Below are positions 1 to 11,129 of a stretch of 64,000 bases of DNA, in pieces. The stretch's first letter is position 1; each line of letters begins with the position of its first letter. The DNA is from an uncultured Olsenella sp. Lineage in GTDB: Bacteria; Actinomycetota; Coriobacteriia; Coriobacteriales; Atopobiaceae. The stretch spans positions 12,913-76,912 of the forward strand of contig CASEGE010000150.1 of the NCBI GenBank assembly GCA_949287335.1, given 5' to 3'. The position numbers and the translations under genes were made by a program. The notes beneath the pieces are model-generated. The model was not told where the DNA came from and did no database searches. It worked only from the letters and a program-made list of their open reading frames with translations.

Positions 1-496
1 CAACGATGGGCGCAGCGGCATCGTAGAAGCTCATCCTCGTGCCCCCCACCGCCGAGGAGATTGCCTCGAAGAGCTCGTCGGCGCAAAGCGGGCCGGCGGC
101 AACCACGCAGGGGCCGTCGGGGAGCTTCGTGACGCGCTCGCGGACAAGCTCGATCAGCGGGTCACCCTCTATGAGCCGCGTCACCTCACGAGAGAAGGCC
201 TCGCGGTCAACGGCCAATGCCCCGCCCGCCGGCACGGCCGCCGCTCGGGCGCACGAGAGCACCACGCTTCCCAGCGCTTCAAGCTCGTGCTTGAGCAGCC
301 CAGCGGCGCTGTCGGGCTTTGTGGACTTGAGCGAGTTGGAGCAGACGAGCTCGGCGAGAAGGTCGGTGTGGTGCGCCGGGGACTCGTGGACCGGGCGCTG
401 CTCGTAGAGCGTCACGTGCACGCCGCGCCGCGCGAGCTGAAGCGCGCACTCGCACCCCGCGAGGCCACCACCAACGACAACTACGCTCTGACCCAT
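1..496 (-). CDS. trmFO: tRNA (uracil-54-C5) methyltransferase TrmFO/Gid, N-terminal part (runs off the window edge)
   Basis: Manual translation from ATG at 496: MGQSVVVVGGGLAGCECALQLARRG...AELVCSNSLKS...AVPAGGALAVDRE...FYDAAAPIV, which are TrmFO motifs. Absent from the ORF track because it is open at the edge. Confidence 0.92.
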   Translation of the reverse strand, partial: MGQSVVVVGGGLAGCECALQLARRGVHVTLYEQRPVHESPAHHTDLLAELVCSNSLKSTKPDSAAGLLKHELEALGSVVLSCARAAAVPAGGALAVDREAFSREVTRLIEGDPLIELVRERVTKLPDGPCVVAAGPLCADELFEAISSAVGGTRMSFYDAAAPIV

Positions 497-530
497 GTCT
501 CCCCTTTCGCGGACGACTCTCGGACCCACC

Positions 531-1424
531 CTAGGAACGTCCATTGTGCCCCAAGAGGTACTCTTTCGTGGGCGAGTATCTTCCATCGGGCAGACGCTCC
601 ACAACGCGCTGGGACTCAAACTCGGTGAGCGTCTTCAAAATGGTGAGGACGCTCTCCCCCAGGCGAGTCGCAAGCTCGTCCGGTCGTGCGGGTGAGGCCA
701 TGAGGGCGGACATGACGGGCCCCATGCCGACCCTCCCCTCCCTGTCGAGAAAGCGCGCCACCCCAAAGTCCAGAGAGATGGAGAGGGCAAGGGACTGCTC
801 GTCGGCAATGACGCGTGCGCCCTCGCCGATCAGGCGATTGGTCCCCGCCGAGTTTGGCGAGAAGATCGAGCCCGGAATGGCGTAGACCGTCCTGCCAAGC
901 TCGGCCGCGACCTCTGCCGTCGACATCGTCCCCGAGCGGATTCCCGCCTCGGTGACCACGAGAACCTGGGAGAGGGCGGCAATGAGCGCGTTTCTCCTTG
1001 GAAACGCCCAGCGCCTTGGCCCCAACCCCCAGCGCTGCTCCGATATGACCGCACCTCCCGAGGAGATGGCCCCCTGAAAGACGTCCCTCGAGGTCTCGGG
1101 GTAGACGACGTCCGCCCCGCACCCCGAGACGATGACCGTGGTCCCTCCCGCGCGCAGCGCCGCGGCGCTTGCGGCATGGTCGCACCCCATGGCACCCCCC
1201 GAAACCACGCACACGCCGCACTCCGCCGCAACCCTTGCCGCCATCTCGGCGATGGAAAGGCCGTAGGGGGTTGCGCGACGCGCGCCCACAACGGCAAGCG
1301 AGGGGCCGGCGAGCGCCCGTATGTCCCCCATGCCATAGAGGCGCTCCGGCGGAGAGGGCAGCTCCTCAAAGACGTCCGGATAGCCCTCCTCGCCCCGGGC
1401 TATCTCCCACCGATTGTCGTTCAT
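531..1424 (-). CDS. dprA: DNA-processing protein DprA
   Basis: Motifs LAVVGARRATPYG, VVSGGAMGCD, FPRRNALIAALS, EAGIRSGT, AIPGSIF and a C-terminal wHTH-like tail. Start taken at ATG 1424 (ORF track extends to 1445). Confidence 0.93.
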   Translation of the reverse strand: MNDNRWEIARGEEGYPDVFEELPSPPERLYGMGDIRALAGPSLAVVGARRATPYGLSIAEMAARVAAECGVCVVSGGAMGCDHAASAAALRAGGTTVIVSGCGADVVYPETSRDVFQGAISSGGAVISEQRWGLGPRRWAFPRRNALIAALSQVLVVTEAGIRSGTMSTAEVAAELGRTVYAIPGSIFSPNSAGTNRLIGEGARVIADEQSLALSISLDFGVARFLDREGRVGMGPVMSALMASPARPDELATRLGESVLTILKTLTEFESQRVVERLPDGRYSPTKEYLLGHNGRS

Positions 1425-1437
1425 TTCTCGGCACCAC

Positions 1438-2928
1438 CTATCCAAGAGTTCTCGAGCGAAACCCGAGCGCCTCGACGATGTTGTCCTCGCTCACGCGCTC
1501 GCGCTGCTCGAGGTCGGCGATGGTCCTTGCCACACGCGCCACGCGCACGATGGCACGACCGCCAAGCGCAAGCCTCTCGGCAAGACCCTCGAAAACCGCC
1601 TGCGCCCTAAGATCGAGGTTCGCACGCGCAATGGGGTCCTTTGTCTTGTTGCAAAGCCCCTGCTCGCGCTCCTCCGCAAACGATCGCGCATCCTCAACGA
1701 GGCGCGCCATCTCTGACGAGGTCATGCCGGTCTGCCCCTTGATGACCTTTGACGTTTCCGGGCGCGCCACGTCCACGACCACGTCGATGCGATCCATGAG
1801 CGGGCCCCCTATGCGCGACTGGTACGCGGCTATTCTCGACGCGGAGCACGTGCACTCGTGACCCGGGTCGCCAAGGTGCCCGCATGGGCAGGGATTGGCC
1901 GCGCCAACCAGCTGAAAGTCACAGGGAAAGGTATAGGAGCCGTCCACGCGCCCAACGCGCACCTCTCGGTCCTCCAGCGGCTGCCTGAGCGCCTGGAGCG
2001 AGTTTCTCGCAAACTCCGGGAGCTCATCGAGGAAGAGCACGCCCTTGTGGGCGAGCGAGATCTCCCCGGGAAGGACCGGGCGACCTCCCCCGATGAGGCC
2101 ACCGATCGAGATCGAGTGATGAGGCGCGCGAAACGGGCGCTCCCCGCGCGCGACCGCGTCGATGGGCTGACCCGCCACCGAGTGGATGAGAAGCGCGTTG
2201 GCACGCTCCTCCTCGCTGAGCGGGGGAAGTATCGTCGGGAGCCTGCGGGCGAGCATGGTCTTGCCCGACCCCGGGGGTCCAACCATGAGCATGCCGTGAC
2301 GCCCGGCGGCAGCTATGACCATGGCGCGCTTGGCGAGCTCCTGGTCCACGACGTCGTCGAAGTCGAGGCTCTCGTAAGGCGCCTCCGGCTCTTCTCGGCA
2401 AGCGTTGCCCAGGCGGACGAGGGAGTCGACCCCTCCCCTGATGTCCAGGAGGCTGCCGATGCCGCGCACGTCCCCGTAGCACCCGCCCATGAGGGGGCTC
2501 CCCACAGACGTTATGAGCGTGAGGTTCCTCTCGCATGCATACGCCTCGTAGGCCACGTCCCCGCGAACCACGTTGACGTTACCGTTGAGTCCGAGCTCGC
2601 CCACGAGCAGGCACCCATCGACGATTCTCGGCGGGAGCTGACGGGTCGCGATAAGGATTGCCACCGCGATGGGCAGGTCGAACGCAGTCCCTGACTTTCT
2701 CATGTCCGCAGGCGAGAGGTTGATCGTCACGTGCTCGCGTGGAAGTTCGAATTTGCATGACCGAAGGGCGCAGCGCACGCGCGAGCGCGCCTCCAGGACA
2801 GAGGAGTCGGGCATTCCCACGATGTCAAACCCGGGGATGCCGCCCGAGGTGCTCACCTCAACGGTAACCCCCATCGTCTCGACGCCGTGGAGCGCGGCGG
2901 TCTGGACCATGGCCGCTCCCCCGCTCAT
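1438..2928 (-). CDS. comM: YifB/ComM family Mg-chelatase-like AAA+ ATPase
   Basis: Motifs INLSPADMRKSG, FDLPIA, GPPGSGKT, FRAPHH, PGEISLAHKGVLFLDE, NPCPCG and GPLMDRID. Confidence 0.92.
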   Translation of the reverse strand: MSGGAAMVQTAALHGVETMGVTVEVSTSGGIPGFDIVGMPDSSVLEARSRVRCALRSCKFELPREHVTINLSPADMRKSGTAFDLPIAVAILIATRQLPPRIVDGCLLVGELGLNGNVNVVRGDVAYEAYACERNLTLITSVGSPLMGGCYGDVRGIGSLLDIRGGVDSLVRLGNACREEPEAPYESLDFDDVVDQELAKRAMVIAAAGRHGMLMVGPPGSGKTMLARRLPTILPPLSEEERANALLIHSVAGQPIDAVARGERPFRAPHHSISIGGLIGGGRPVLPGEISLAHKGVLFLDELPEFARNSLQALRQPLEDREVRVGRVDGSYTFPCDFQLVGAANPCPCGHLGDPGHECTCSASRIAAYQSRIGGPLMDRIDVVVDVARPETSKVIKGQTGMTSSEMARLVEDARSFAEEREQGLCNKTKDPIARANLDLRAQAVFEGLAERLALGGRAIVRVARVARTIADLEQRERVSEDNIVEALGFRSRTLG

Positions 2929-3413
2929 GGGCGACCGCCCTCGAATGCGTGGTAGATCTGACGAAGATGCGCCCCGTCCGACGAGGTGACGGTGATGGCT
3001 ATGACGTCGAAGCGAACCTCCTCGATCTCGGGGTGATATCGGAGGTAGATGGAGGCAAGGCGCTCGTACTTCTCGCGCTTTGCCTCGTCGACGGCAAGCT
3101 CCGGCGCCACGTCTGTGGCAACGTCCCAGCGGCTGCCGAGCGCCATGCGGGTCTTGACCTCCACGAGGACGAGCTTGCCGTCGGGGTCGCGCGCGATGAT
3201 GTCTATCTCACCCAGCTCGCAGCGCCAGTTTCGGCAGACTATCTCCCAGCCCCGGCGCATGAGCGACAACACGGCCGCCGTCTCGCCCCGCACGCCAATG
3301 TCATGCGGCGAGAGCGAGGTGCCTGTCGCCTCATCCACGCCCCGTTGCTCGGAAACCACGACCTCGCGAGGAGCGCCCGAGAGCGCATCCGCGACATATG
3401 CCATCTCTTCCAT
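2925..3413 (-). CDS. yraN: YraN family (UPF0102) nuclease
   Basis: Motifs GVRGE...RNWR..GEIDII...LVLVEVKTR...RFDVI. ATG at 3413 follows an AAGGAGG RBS. Confidence 0.88.
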   Translation of the reverse strand: MEEMAYVADALSGAPREVVVSEQRGVDEATGTSLSPHDIGVRGETAAVLSLMRRGWEIVCRNWRCELGEIDIIARDPDGKLVLVEVKTRMALGSRWDVATDVAPELAVDEAKREKYERLASIYLRYHPEIEEVRFDVIAITVTSSDGAHLRQIYHAFEGGRP

Positions 3414-3587
3414 GCCCGCCTCCTTTGGATGTACGTGAGGCGAGCATCTCAGAGCTAACTGACACGAATCTTCCCCGCAGAGCGCACAGGCTGCCACGAA
3501 ACTGCCACGTCAAAAAGATCTTTGGGAAAGGGCAAGCGTGGCCGCGGGGTCAGGCGCAGGAAACTTTGGTACGTCAGATATAAGTAT

Positions 3588-4379
3588 CTAAAATAGTCGC
3601 GGAGTCTCCAAGAAGTTTCCACAGAAGCTCACGCGATGGATGGGGCTGATCCCGCGCTCGCGAATGGCGGCTATGTGCTCGGCGGAGCCATACCCCTTGC
3701 ACGCCGCGAGATGGTAGCCGGGATACTCCTCGTCGAGCGCGACCATGAGCGCGTCACGCGTCACCTTGGCCACGATGGATGCTGCCGCGATGGAGGCGAT
3801 GCGGGCGTCGCCCTTCACGAGGCAGCGCTCGGCGGGGTGCGCATGGACGGGATTGCCATCAATGAGCACGCAATCCGGATTGAGACCCGTGTCTCGTATG
3901 GCCTGCGCCATGGCCTGCCTGAGGGCGATTCCCATGCCAAGGGCATCGATGGAGGCGGGCTCGACATGGGCGATGCCAATGGCAAGGGCCACCTCGGCAA
4001 TGCGGGCGGCCAGGACCTCCCTGCGAGCCGGGGTGAGCTGCTTGGAGTCGTTGATGCCAAGGACCATGGGGTCGTCGGGGAGGCACACGGCGGCCACGGT
4101 GAGCGGCCCCGCGAGCGCGCCCCTACCCACCTCGTCAACGCCGATGATGACACCGGGTCCGCCCACCTCGCGCTGAAGGCGATACATCTCTGCCACGCGG
4201 TCTCGCTCGGCGTCCTCTCGCTCGATGCGGCGCCTCGTCGATGCAACGGCGTGAATGACCTGCTTGCGCGGGTCCTCGGCATAGCGCTCGACGAGCATGC
4301 GGGCCTCGTCGAGCGGAGCGTCCGCAAGCGTGGCCACAACCTCACGGGCCGTAACGGGGCGCGGAGTCTCCCTGCCCAT
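3588..4379 (-). CDS. rnhB: Ribonuclease HII
   Basis: Motifs GVDEVGRGALAGP, NDSKQL, IDGN, KGD, SIAAASIVAKVTRD, KGY and HRVSF. ATG at 4379 follows GGAGG. Confidence 0.94.
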   Translation of the reverse strand: MGRETPRPVTAREVVATLADAPLDEARMLVERYAEDPRKQVIHAVASTRRRIEREDAERDRVAEMYRLQREVGGPGVIIGVDEVGRGALAGPLTVAAVCLPDDPMVLGINDSKQLTPARREVLAARIAEVALAIGIAHVEPASIDALGMGIALRQAMAQAIRDTGLNPDCVLIDGNPVHAHPAERCLVKGDARIASIAAASIVAKVTRDALMVALDEEYPGYHLAACKGYGSAEHIAAIRERGISPIHRVSFCGNFLETPRLF

Positions 4380-4394
4380 GTAACCTCCCCATAC

Positions 4395-4420
4395 AAGAAG
4401 GCCGCCCCGGAGGGCGGCCT
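4395..4420 (-). terminator. Probable intrinsic terminator after rplS
   Basis: Minus-strand hairpin AGGCCGCCC-TCCG-GGGCGGCCT followed by TCTTGT. Confidence 0.6.
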
Positions 4421-4443
4421 CAAGAGACGAACGTGATGCGAGC

Positions 4444-4788
4444 CTAGTCGCGCTTCTCGCGAATGCGAGCGGCCTTGCCCACGCGGTCGCGCAGGTAGTA
4501 GAGCTTGGCACGGCGGATGTCACCGTGACGGACAACCTCGAGCTTGGCAATCTTGGGGCTGTGCAGCGGGAAGGTGCGCTCGACGCCAACGGAGAAGCTG
4601 ATCTTGCGGACGGTGAAGGTCTCACGCGCACCGGCACCGCTCATGCGGATGACGTCGCCCTCGAAGACCTGCTCACGAGTGCGGTCGCCCTCGACGATGC
4701 GGTAGTGAACCTTGACGTGGTCACCAACCTTGACGGCGGGGATGTCCTCGCGGATCTGCTGACGCTCAATGGCGCGGATGTAGTCCAT
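4444..4788 (-). CDS. rplS: 50S ribosomal protein L19
   Basis: Motifs [13 protein letters not shown]...FEG...[18 protein letters not shown]...RRAKLYYLR. Confidence 0.97.
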   Translation of the reverse strand: MDYIRAIERQQIREDIPAVKVGDHVKVHYRIVEGDRTREQVFEGDVIRMSGAGARETFTVRKISFSVGVERTFPLHSPKIAKLEVVRHGDIRRAKLYYLRDRVGKAARIREKRD

Positions 4789-4860
4789 GTTGTTACCTCG
4801 TTCTTCTCTAGAGGTGCCGACGCGCACGCGAACGACACATAGGTTTACACACAGCGGTTG

Positions 4861-4889
4861 ATTATAGGGCACGAGCGACCTTTGGACAA
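4861..4889 (-). promoter_or_regulatory. Sigma70-type promoter of rplS
   Basis: TTGTCC (4889-4884), 17-nt spacer, TATAAT (4866-4861). Confidence 0.65.
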
Positions 4890-4950
4890 GAACCACACAA
4901 ATATTTGTCCCATGCCCCGCGGCGAGCCGCCCGCAACGCCCGCGGCAACC

Positions 4951-5901
4951 TCAGAGGCAAAAGCCCGCTGTGACGCCCGAGGGGACGCTCGCAAGGCCCG
5001 TGGTGGCAGGATAGCCGGATGACATCACCTGAAAGAAGAAGCTCGCGTCATCCCCGGTAAAGGTATAGGGGTAGGACGAGCGATACCACCATGAGGTGGC
5101 CGATCCGCCGTAGGCCAGCTCGAGGACACCGCTGGGGTCGGCGCTGGGCGTGACCCCCGCGTCACGAAAGTACTCGTACTGCTCGCCCTCAGACGAAAGA
5201 AGCTCGTCATATGGCACAAAGTCGACGTAGCCCGTGTGATAGTTGGGCTCCTCGCCATACTCGTCGACAAACCAGGTGATCGTGCCGCACACCTCGGAAC
5301 CAGAGAAAAGCCAGAGGGCGTCCTCGGTCTCGGTCACCGAGGAGGCGTCGGAGGTCACCCCAACGTTGTTGGTGCGTTTGACTACGGTGATAAGGACGTC
5401 GCTCAGCTCGTCTGGCAGGAGCCCTCTCCCCTCGCCCGCAAGCCAGGACCTGAGCTCGGAGGACTCCCAACCACCCGCGTTGGTGTCAGTCGAGTTCATG
5501 GGCTGCAGGGATATTGGGGACATCATGAGGGTGAGACCGGCGAGAGACCCCTCCGCGGTCGTATCGGCGCGCATGCCCACTACGGTAACACTGACCTGGC
5601 GACCGTCTTCAAGTGCCAGGGAGCGAGTGTCCCCTACGGAAACGCCGTACTTCTCGGCAATGACACGTGCGTCCCCGTCCGTTGGAGCCGATGAGATGAG
5701 CTGTGCGACCTCGGCAAGCTCTGCCCACGTGTACGCGTCAAAGCTTTTGGGCTCAAGTCCATCGTCCTTCTCGGCAAGCTCGACTCCATCAGGGACCTGC
5801 GACGACGTGACCGAATGCAGGAGAAAAGCGCCGAGCGCCACAACGGCAAGCGACAAGAGCACGGCGACAGCCGTCAGAAAACCGCCCTCATGCTTTGTCA
5901 C
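4951..5901 (-). CDS. Membrane-anchored extracellular protein, DUF6273-like
   Basis: N-terminal hydrophobic helix. MNSTDTNAGGWESSELRSWL, LWLFSGSEV and WWYRS resemble DUF6273 proteins (recalled, not searched). Confidence 0.55.
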   Translation of the reverse strand: MTKHEGGFLTAVAVLLSLAVVALGAFLLHSVTSSQVPDGVELAEKDDGLEPKSFDAYTWAELAEVAQLISSAPTDGDARVIAEKYGVSVGDTRSLALEDGRQVSVTVVGMRADTTAEGSLAGLTLMMSPISLQPMNSTDTNAGGWESSELRSWLAGEGRGLLPDELSDVLITVVKRTNNVGVTSDASSVTETEDALWLFSGSEVCGTITWFVDEYGEEPNYHTGYVDFVPYDELLSSEGEQYEYFRDAGVTPSADPSGVLELAYGGSATSWWYRSSYPYTFTGDDASFFFQVMSSGYPATTGLASVPSGVTAGFCL

Positions 5902-6007
5902 GTCACACCCCTCTCTGCTTTGAGATGCGTATTGTACCGCGAGGGCCTCATACCCGCCACATGCGCACTACGCATGTCCTTCTCGGCTTTCCCTCGCGCA
6001 CGCCCCT

Positions 6008-6344
6008 GACTCATTTTCGAAAATGAGTTCGCATAACACGAGATGTCAACTCATTTCCGCAAATGAGTGATAACCTGCGACTCATTTCCGTTAATGAGTC
6101 AAATTCACCGTCCGTTTGAACTCATTTCCAGAAATGAGTTACTGCCAGCGACTCATTTCGGGAAGTGAGTCGAACTCACCGTCCGCCTGGACTCATTTGC
6201 GTAAGTGAGTCGAGAAGCCCGTCTGTCTGCGACTCACTTGCGCAAATGAGTCGGAAATAGCAACTCATTTCCGGAAGTGAGTCGGAAATAGCAACTCATT
6301 TCCGGAATTGAGTCGAACGGCCAACTCATTTCCGGAAATGAGTG
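6008..6344. repeat. Palindrome array A1: 10 copies of 22-bp GACTCATTTCCGGAAATGAGTC variants
   Basis: Copy starts at 6008, 6048, 6079, 6119, 6150, 6190, 6231, 6262, 6293 and 6323. Confidence 0.95.
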
Positions 6345-6423
6345 GCACCAGAAACCCAAGCATATAGTCAGTTCGCAACAGGCTCGCCGTAGCCAATTAA
6401 AGCGCTGGCGATAAGGACGTGCC

Positions 6424-7467
6424 CTAGCGACGCTTCCAGGACTGCGGGATCTTGAGCTTTTCGTAAAGACGGACGGCGTATCGGTCCGTCATGCCAGAGA
6501 CGAAGTCAGCGACCTGGACGTCAGGGGGATCGTCATGGATGCGATACTCGTCCGGAACCTCGTCAAGATGTTCGATAAAGTATGCGAAGAGCTCCATGAG
6601 CATGGCGTAGGCCTTGGGCTCTTCCCACTTTGCGTCGCCATGCGAGTAGAGGTTGTCGAAAAGAAACGAGCGCATCGCCATCATCGCCCCGTGCACGGGT
6701 TGGGACATCTCGATGTCGCCCGTCTGCGCGCTTCGTGACACAACGTCATGGACCATGGTCTCGATGCGCTCCGAGGAGCTTCCCCCGAGAATCTCGCGCG
6801 ACTCGCTCGGTAGGTCACATTCCCTGAGCAGGCCCGCGCGCTCGGCGTCATCGATGTCGTGGCAGACGTAGGCAATGCGGTCAGCAAGAGCGACGATGCG
6901 ACCCTCGAGCGTCTTTGCTCGCAGGGCGCCGGTATGACACAGGATGCCATCAACTACCTCACGTGATAGGTTGAGCCCGTGGCCGTCACGCTCCAGAACC
7001 TCAACGATGCGCGCGCCCTGCTCGTTATGTGAAAACAGGCGCCTGTTGGAGGGATCATTTGGATTAAGCCCACGATGCAGGGCCAATGCATGCGAGAGGG
7101 CTCTCTCGCCCACATGGCCAAAGGGTGTGTGGCCGAGGTCGTGACCGAGCGCTATAGCCTCGGTGAGATCCTCGTTGAGCCCAAGGGGGCGAGCGATCGA
7201 GCGCGCAACCTGTCCCACCTCAAGCGAATGAATGAGTCGGGTGCGGTAGTGATCACCCTCGGGGGCGAGAAACACCTGGGTCTTGTGGGCAAGGCGTCGA
7301 AAGCTCTTGCTATGGAGGATTCGGTCTCGATCGCACTGATAGCAGGTCCTCAGGGGGTCGGGCTGCTCCGGGACAAGCCTGCCAGTGCTGGAATCAGCGA
7401 ACGCGGCGTCTTCAGAGAGCATCTCATGCTCGTGCCTCTCAAGATCTTGCCTGCTCACAACCCTCAT
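6424..7467 (-). CDS. dgt: dGTP triphosphohydrolase (HD domain)
   Basis: Motifs DRDRILHSKSFRRLAHKTQVF, RTRLIHSLEV, HDLGHTPFGH, AYVCHDIDD and DFVSGMTDRYA. Confidence 0.92.
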   Translation of the reverse strand: MRVVSRQDLERHEHEMLSEDAAFADSSTGRLVPEQPDPLRTCYQCDRDRILHSKSFRRLAHKTQVFLAPEGDHYRTRLIHSLEVGQVARSIARPLGLNEDLTEAIALGHDLGHTPFGHVGERALSHALALHRGLNPNDPSNRRLFSHNEQGARIVEVLERDGHGLNLSREVVDGILCHTGALRAKTLEGRIVALADRIAYVCHDIDDAERAGLLRECDLPSESREILGGSSSERIETMVHDVVSRSAQTGDIEMSQPVHGAMMAMRSFLFDNLYSHGDAKWEEPKAYAMLMELFAYFIEHLDEVPDEYRIHDDPPDVQVADFVSGMTDRYAVRLYEKLKIPQSWKRR

Positions 7468-7477
7468 CCCAGCTCCT

Positions 7478-7624
7478 CTGTCATTTGGGGACGTGTTATT
7501 TCTCTCAGAAAAAATGGGACAGGTCAAGCACGCGAACGCCAAAGTCACCCGCGCGCAACAACGCGTGCCGCAGGGAAACCTGTCCCAAAATCTCTGAGAG
7601 AAATAACACGTCCCCAAATGACAG
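7478..7624. repeat. 47-bp imperfect inverted repeat (REPIN-like) between ppdK and dgt
   Basis: Arms 7478-7524 and 7578-7624 are reverse complements with 4 mismatches and contain GGGGAC/GGGACAGGT cores. Confidence 0.85.
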
Positions 7625-7678
7625 GAGGGGGCGCGTGGCCCCCTCCCGTTTGAGAAACCTCAGATGACGCTTAGGTGC

Positions 7679-10438
<2,760 letters not shown>

Positions 10439-10525
10439 GTTTTCCCCTTGCTTTCTTGTGTCCTGGCACGCACAGTGGCGCACCCTTACAACAGGGCCGT
10501 ACGTGAGAATTCACGCACCTTCGTC

Positions 10526-10553
10526 ATGTTACCAAGGTGAGAAGGATGTGCAA
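10526..10553 (-). promoter_or_regulatory. Putative ppdK promoter
   Basis: TTGCAC, 16-nt spacer ending in TGG, then TAACAT (extended -10 like). Confidence 0.45.
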
Positions 10554-10601
10554 GGGACATTCGGATATTCGGTCAGTGCGGGCAGGCAAACGGTGAGCGG
10601 C

Positions 10602-10640
10602 AAAAAAGAATGGGGGCGCGCTCGAAAACGCGTCCCCACT
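10602..10640 (-). terminator. Intrinsic terminator after the short PSRP-like gene
   Basis: Minus-strand GC-rich hairpin (GTGGGGACGCG...CGCGCCCC) followed by ATTCTTTTTT. Confidence 0.65.
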
Positions 10641-10667
10641 GGTAGTAACATGTGATGTGATTTGGCC

Positions 10668-11069
10668 TTACTTGTTATCGACGAGACCCTCATAGACGGC
10701 GCCGATCTCGCGCGTGGGCTCCTCGCCCGTGAGCGTGGAGATGACCGTCACCGCGGGGCCGAGAAGATCGATCGAGGGGATGCCCCTGCGATCGAGCTCG
10801 CGTCGAATCTCGCGCCTCAGGATGCCGTTCGCGAACGTGTGGAACACGGCGCAGGGGCGCGTCTCGTCAAAGTGCTCGTCAAAGTAGGTGCGCACCGTCT
10901 CGACGTCCTTCACGTTGGAGAGGCGCTCGATGTCGACAGAGGTATCGCGGAACTGTGCGGCGGCAGCCATGACGACGGTGTTGGCCGTCTCGCCGCGAGC
11001 GTCGGAAAGAACGTAAATGAGGGGGACGACATGACCAAAGATGTCGTCGTCAAGATCGAGCTTAGCCAT
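10668..11069 (-). CDS. Half-length PPDK/PEP-synthase regulatory protein homolog (DUF299 N-terminal domain only, 133 aa)
   Basis: IYVLSDARGETA...AAAQF...VFHTF...IDLLGP...LTGEEP match the PSRP/YqfL N-terminal half. The GVSRTSKTP P-loop half is absent. GGAGG-like RBS; glyS-X-ppdK synteny. Confidence 0.75.
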   Translation of the reverse strand: MAKLDLDDDIFGHVVPLIYVLSDARGETANTVVMAAAAQFRDTSVDIERLSNVKDVETVRTYFDEHFDETRPCAVFHTFANGILRREIRRELDRRGIPSIDLLGPAVTVISTLTGEEPTREIGAVYEGLVDNK

Positions 11070-11129
11070 CACAAGTCCTCCTGTACCTCTTCTGGCCCGG
11101 GCGGGCGCGGGCGCCCACCGCAAAGCCTA

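Noticed and set aside
3588-4637. ORF-track N-terminal extensions of rnhB, rplS, dgt, mrdA, acnA, aroC and argF
   Set aside because: They overlap neighbouring genes or repeats; downstream starts with an RBS fit family lengths better.
6008-6344. Calling the palindrome arrays (also 25855-26159 and 45054-45355) CRISPR arrays
   Set aside because: Spacers are only 8-19 nt and often duplicated, repeats are degenerate and fully palindromic, and there is no leader or cas gene in the window.
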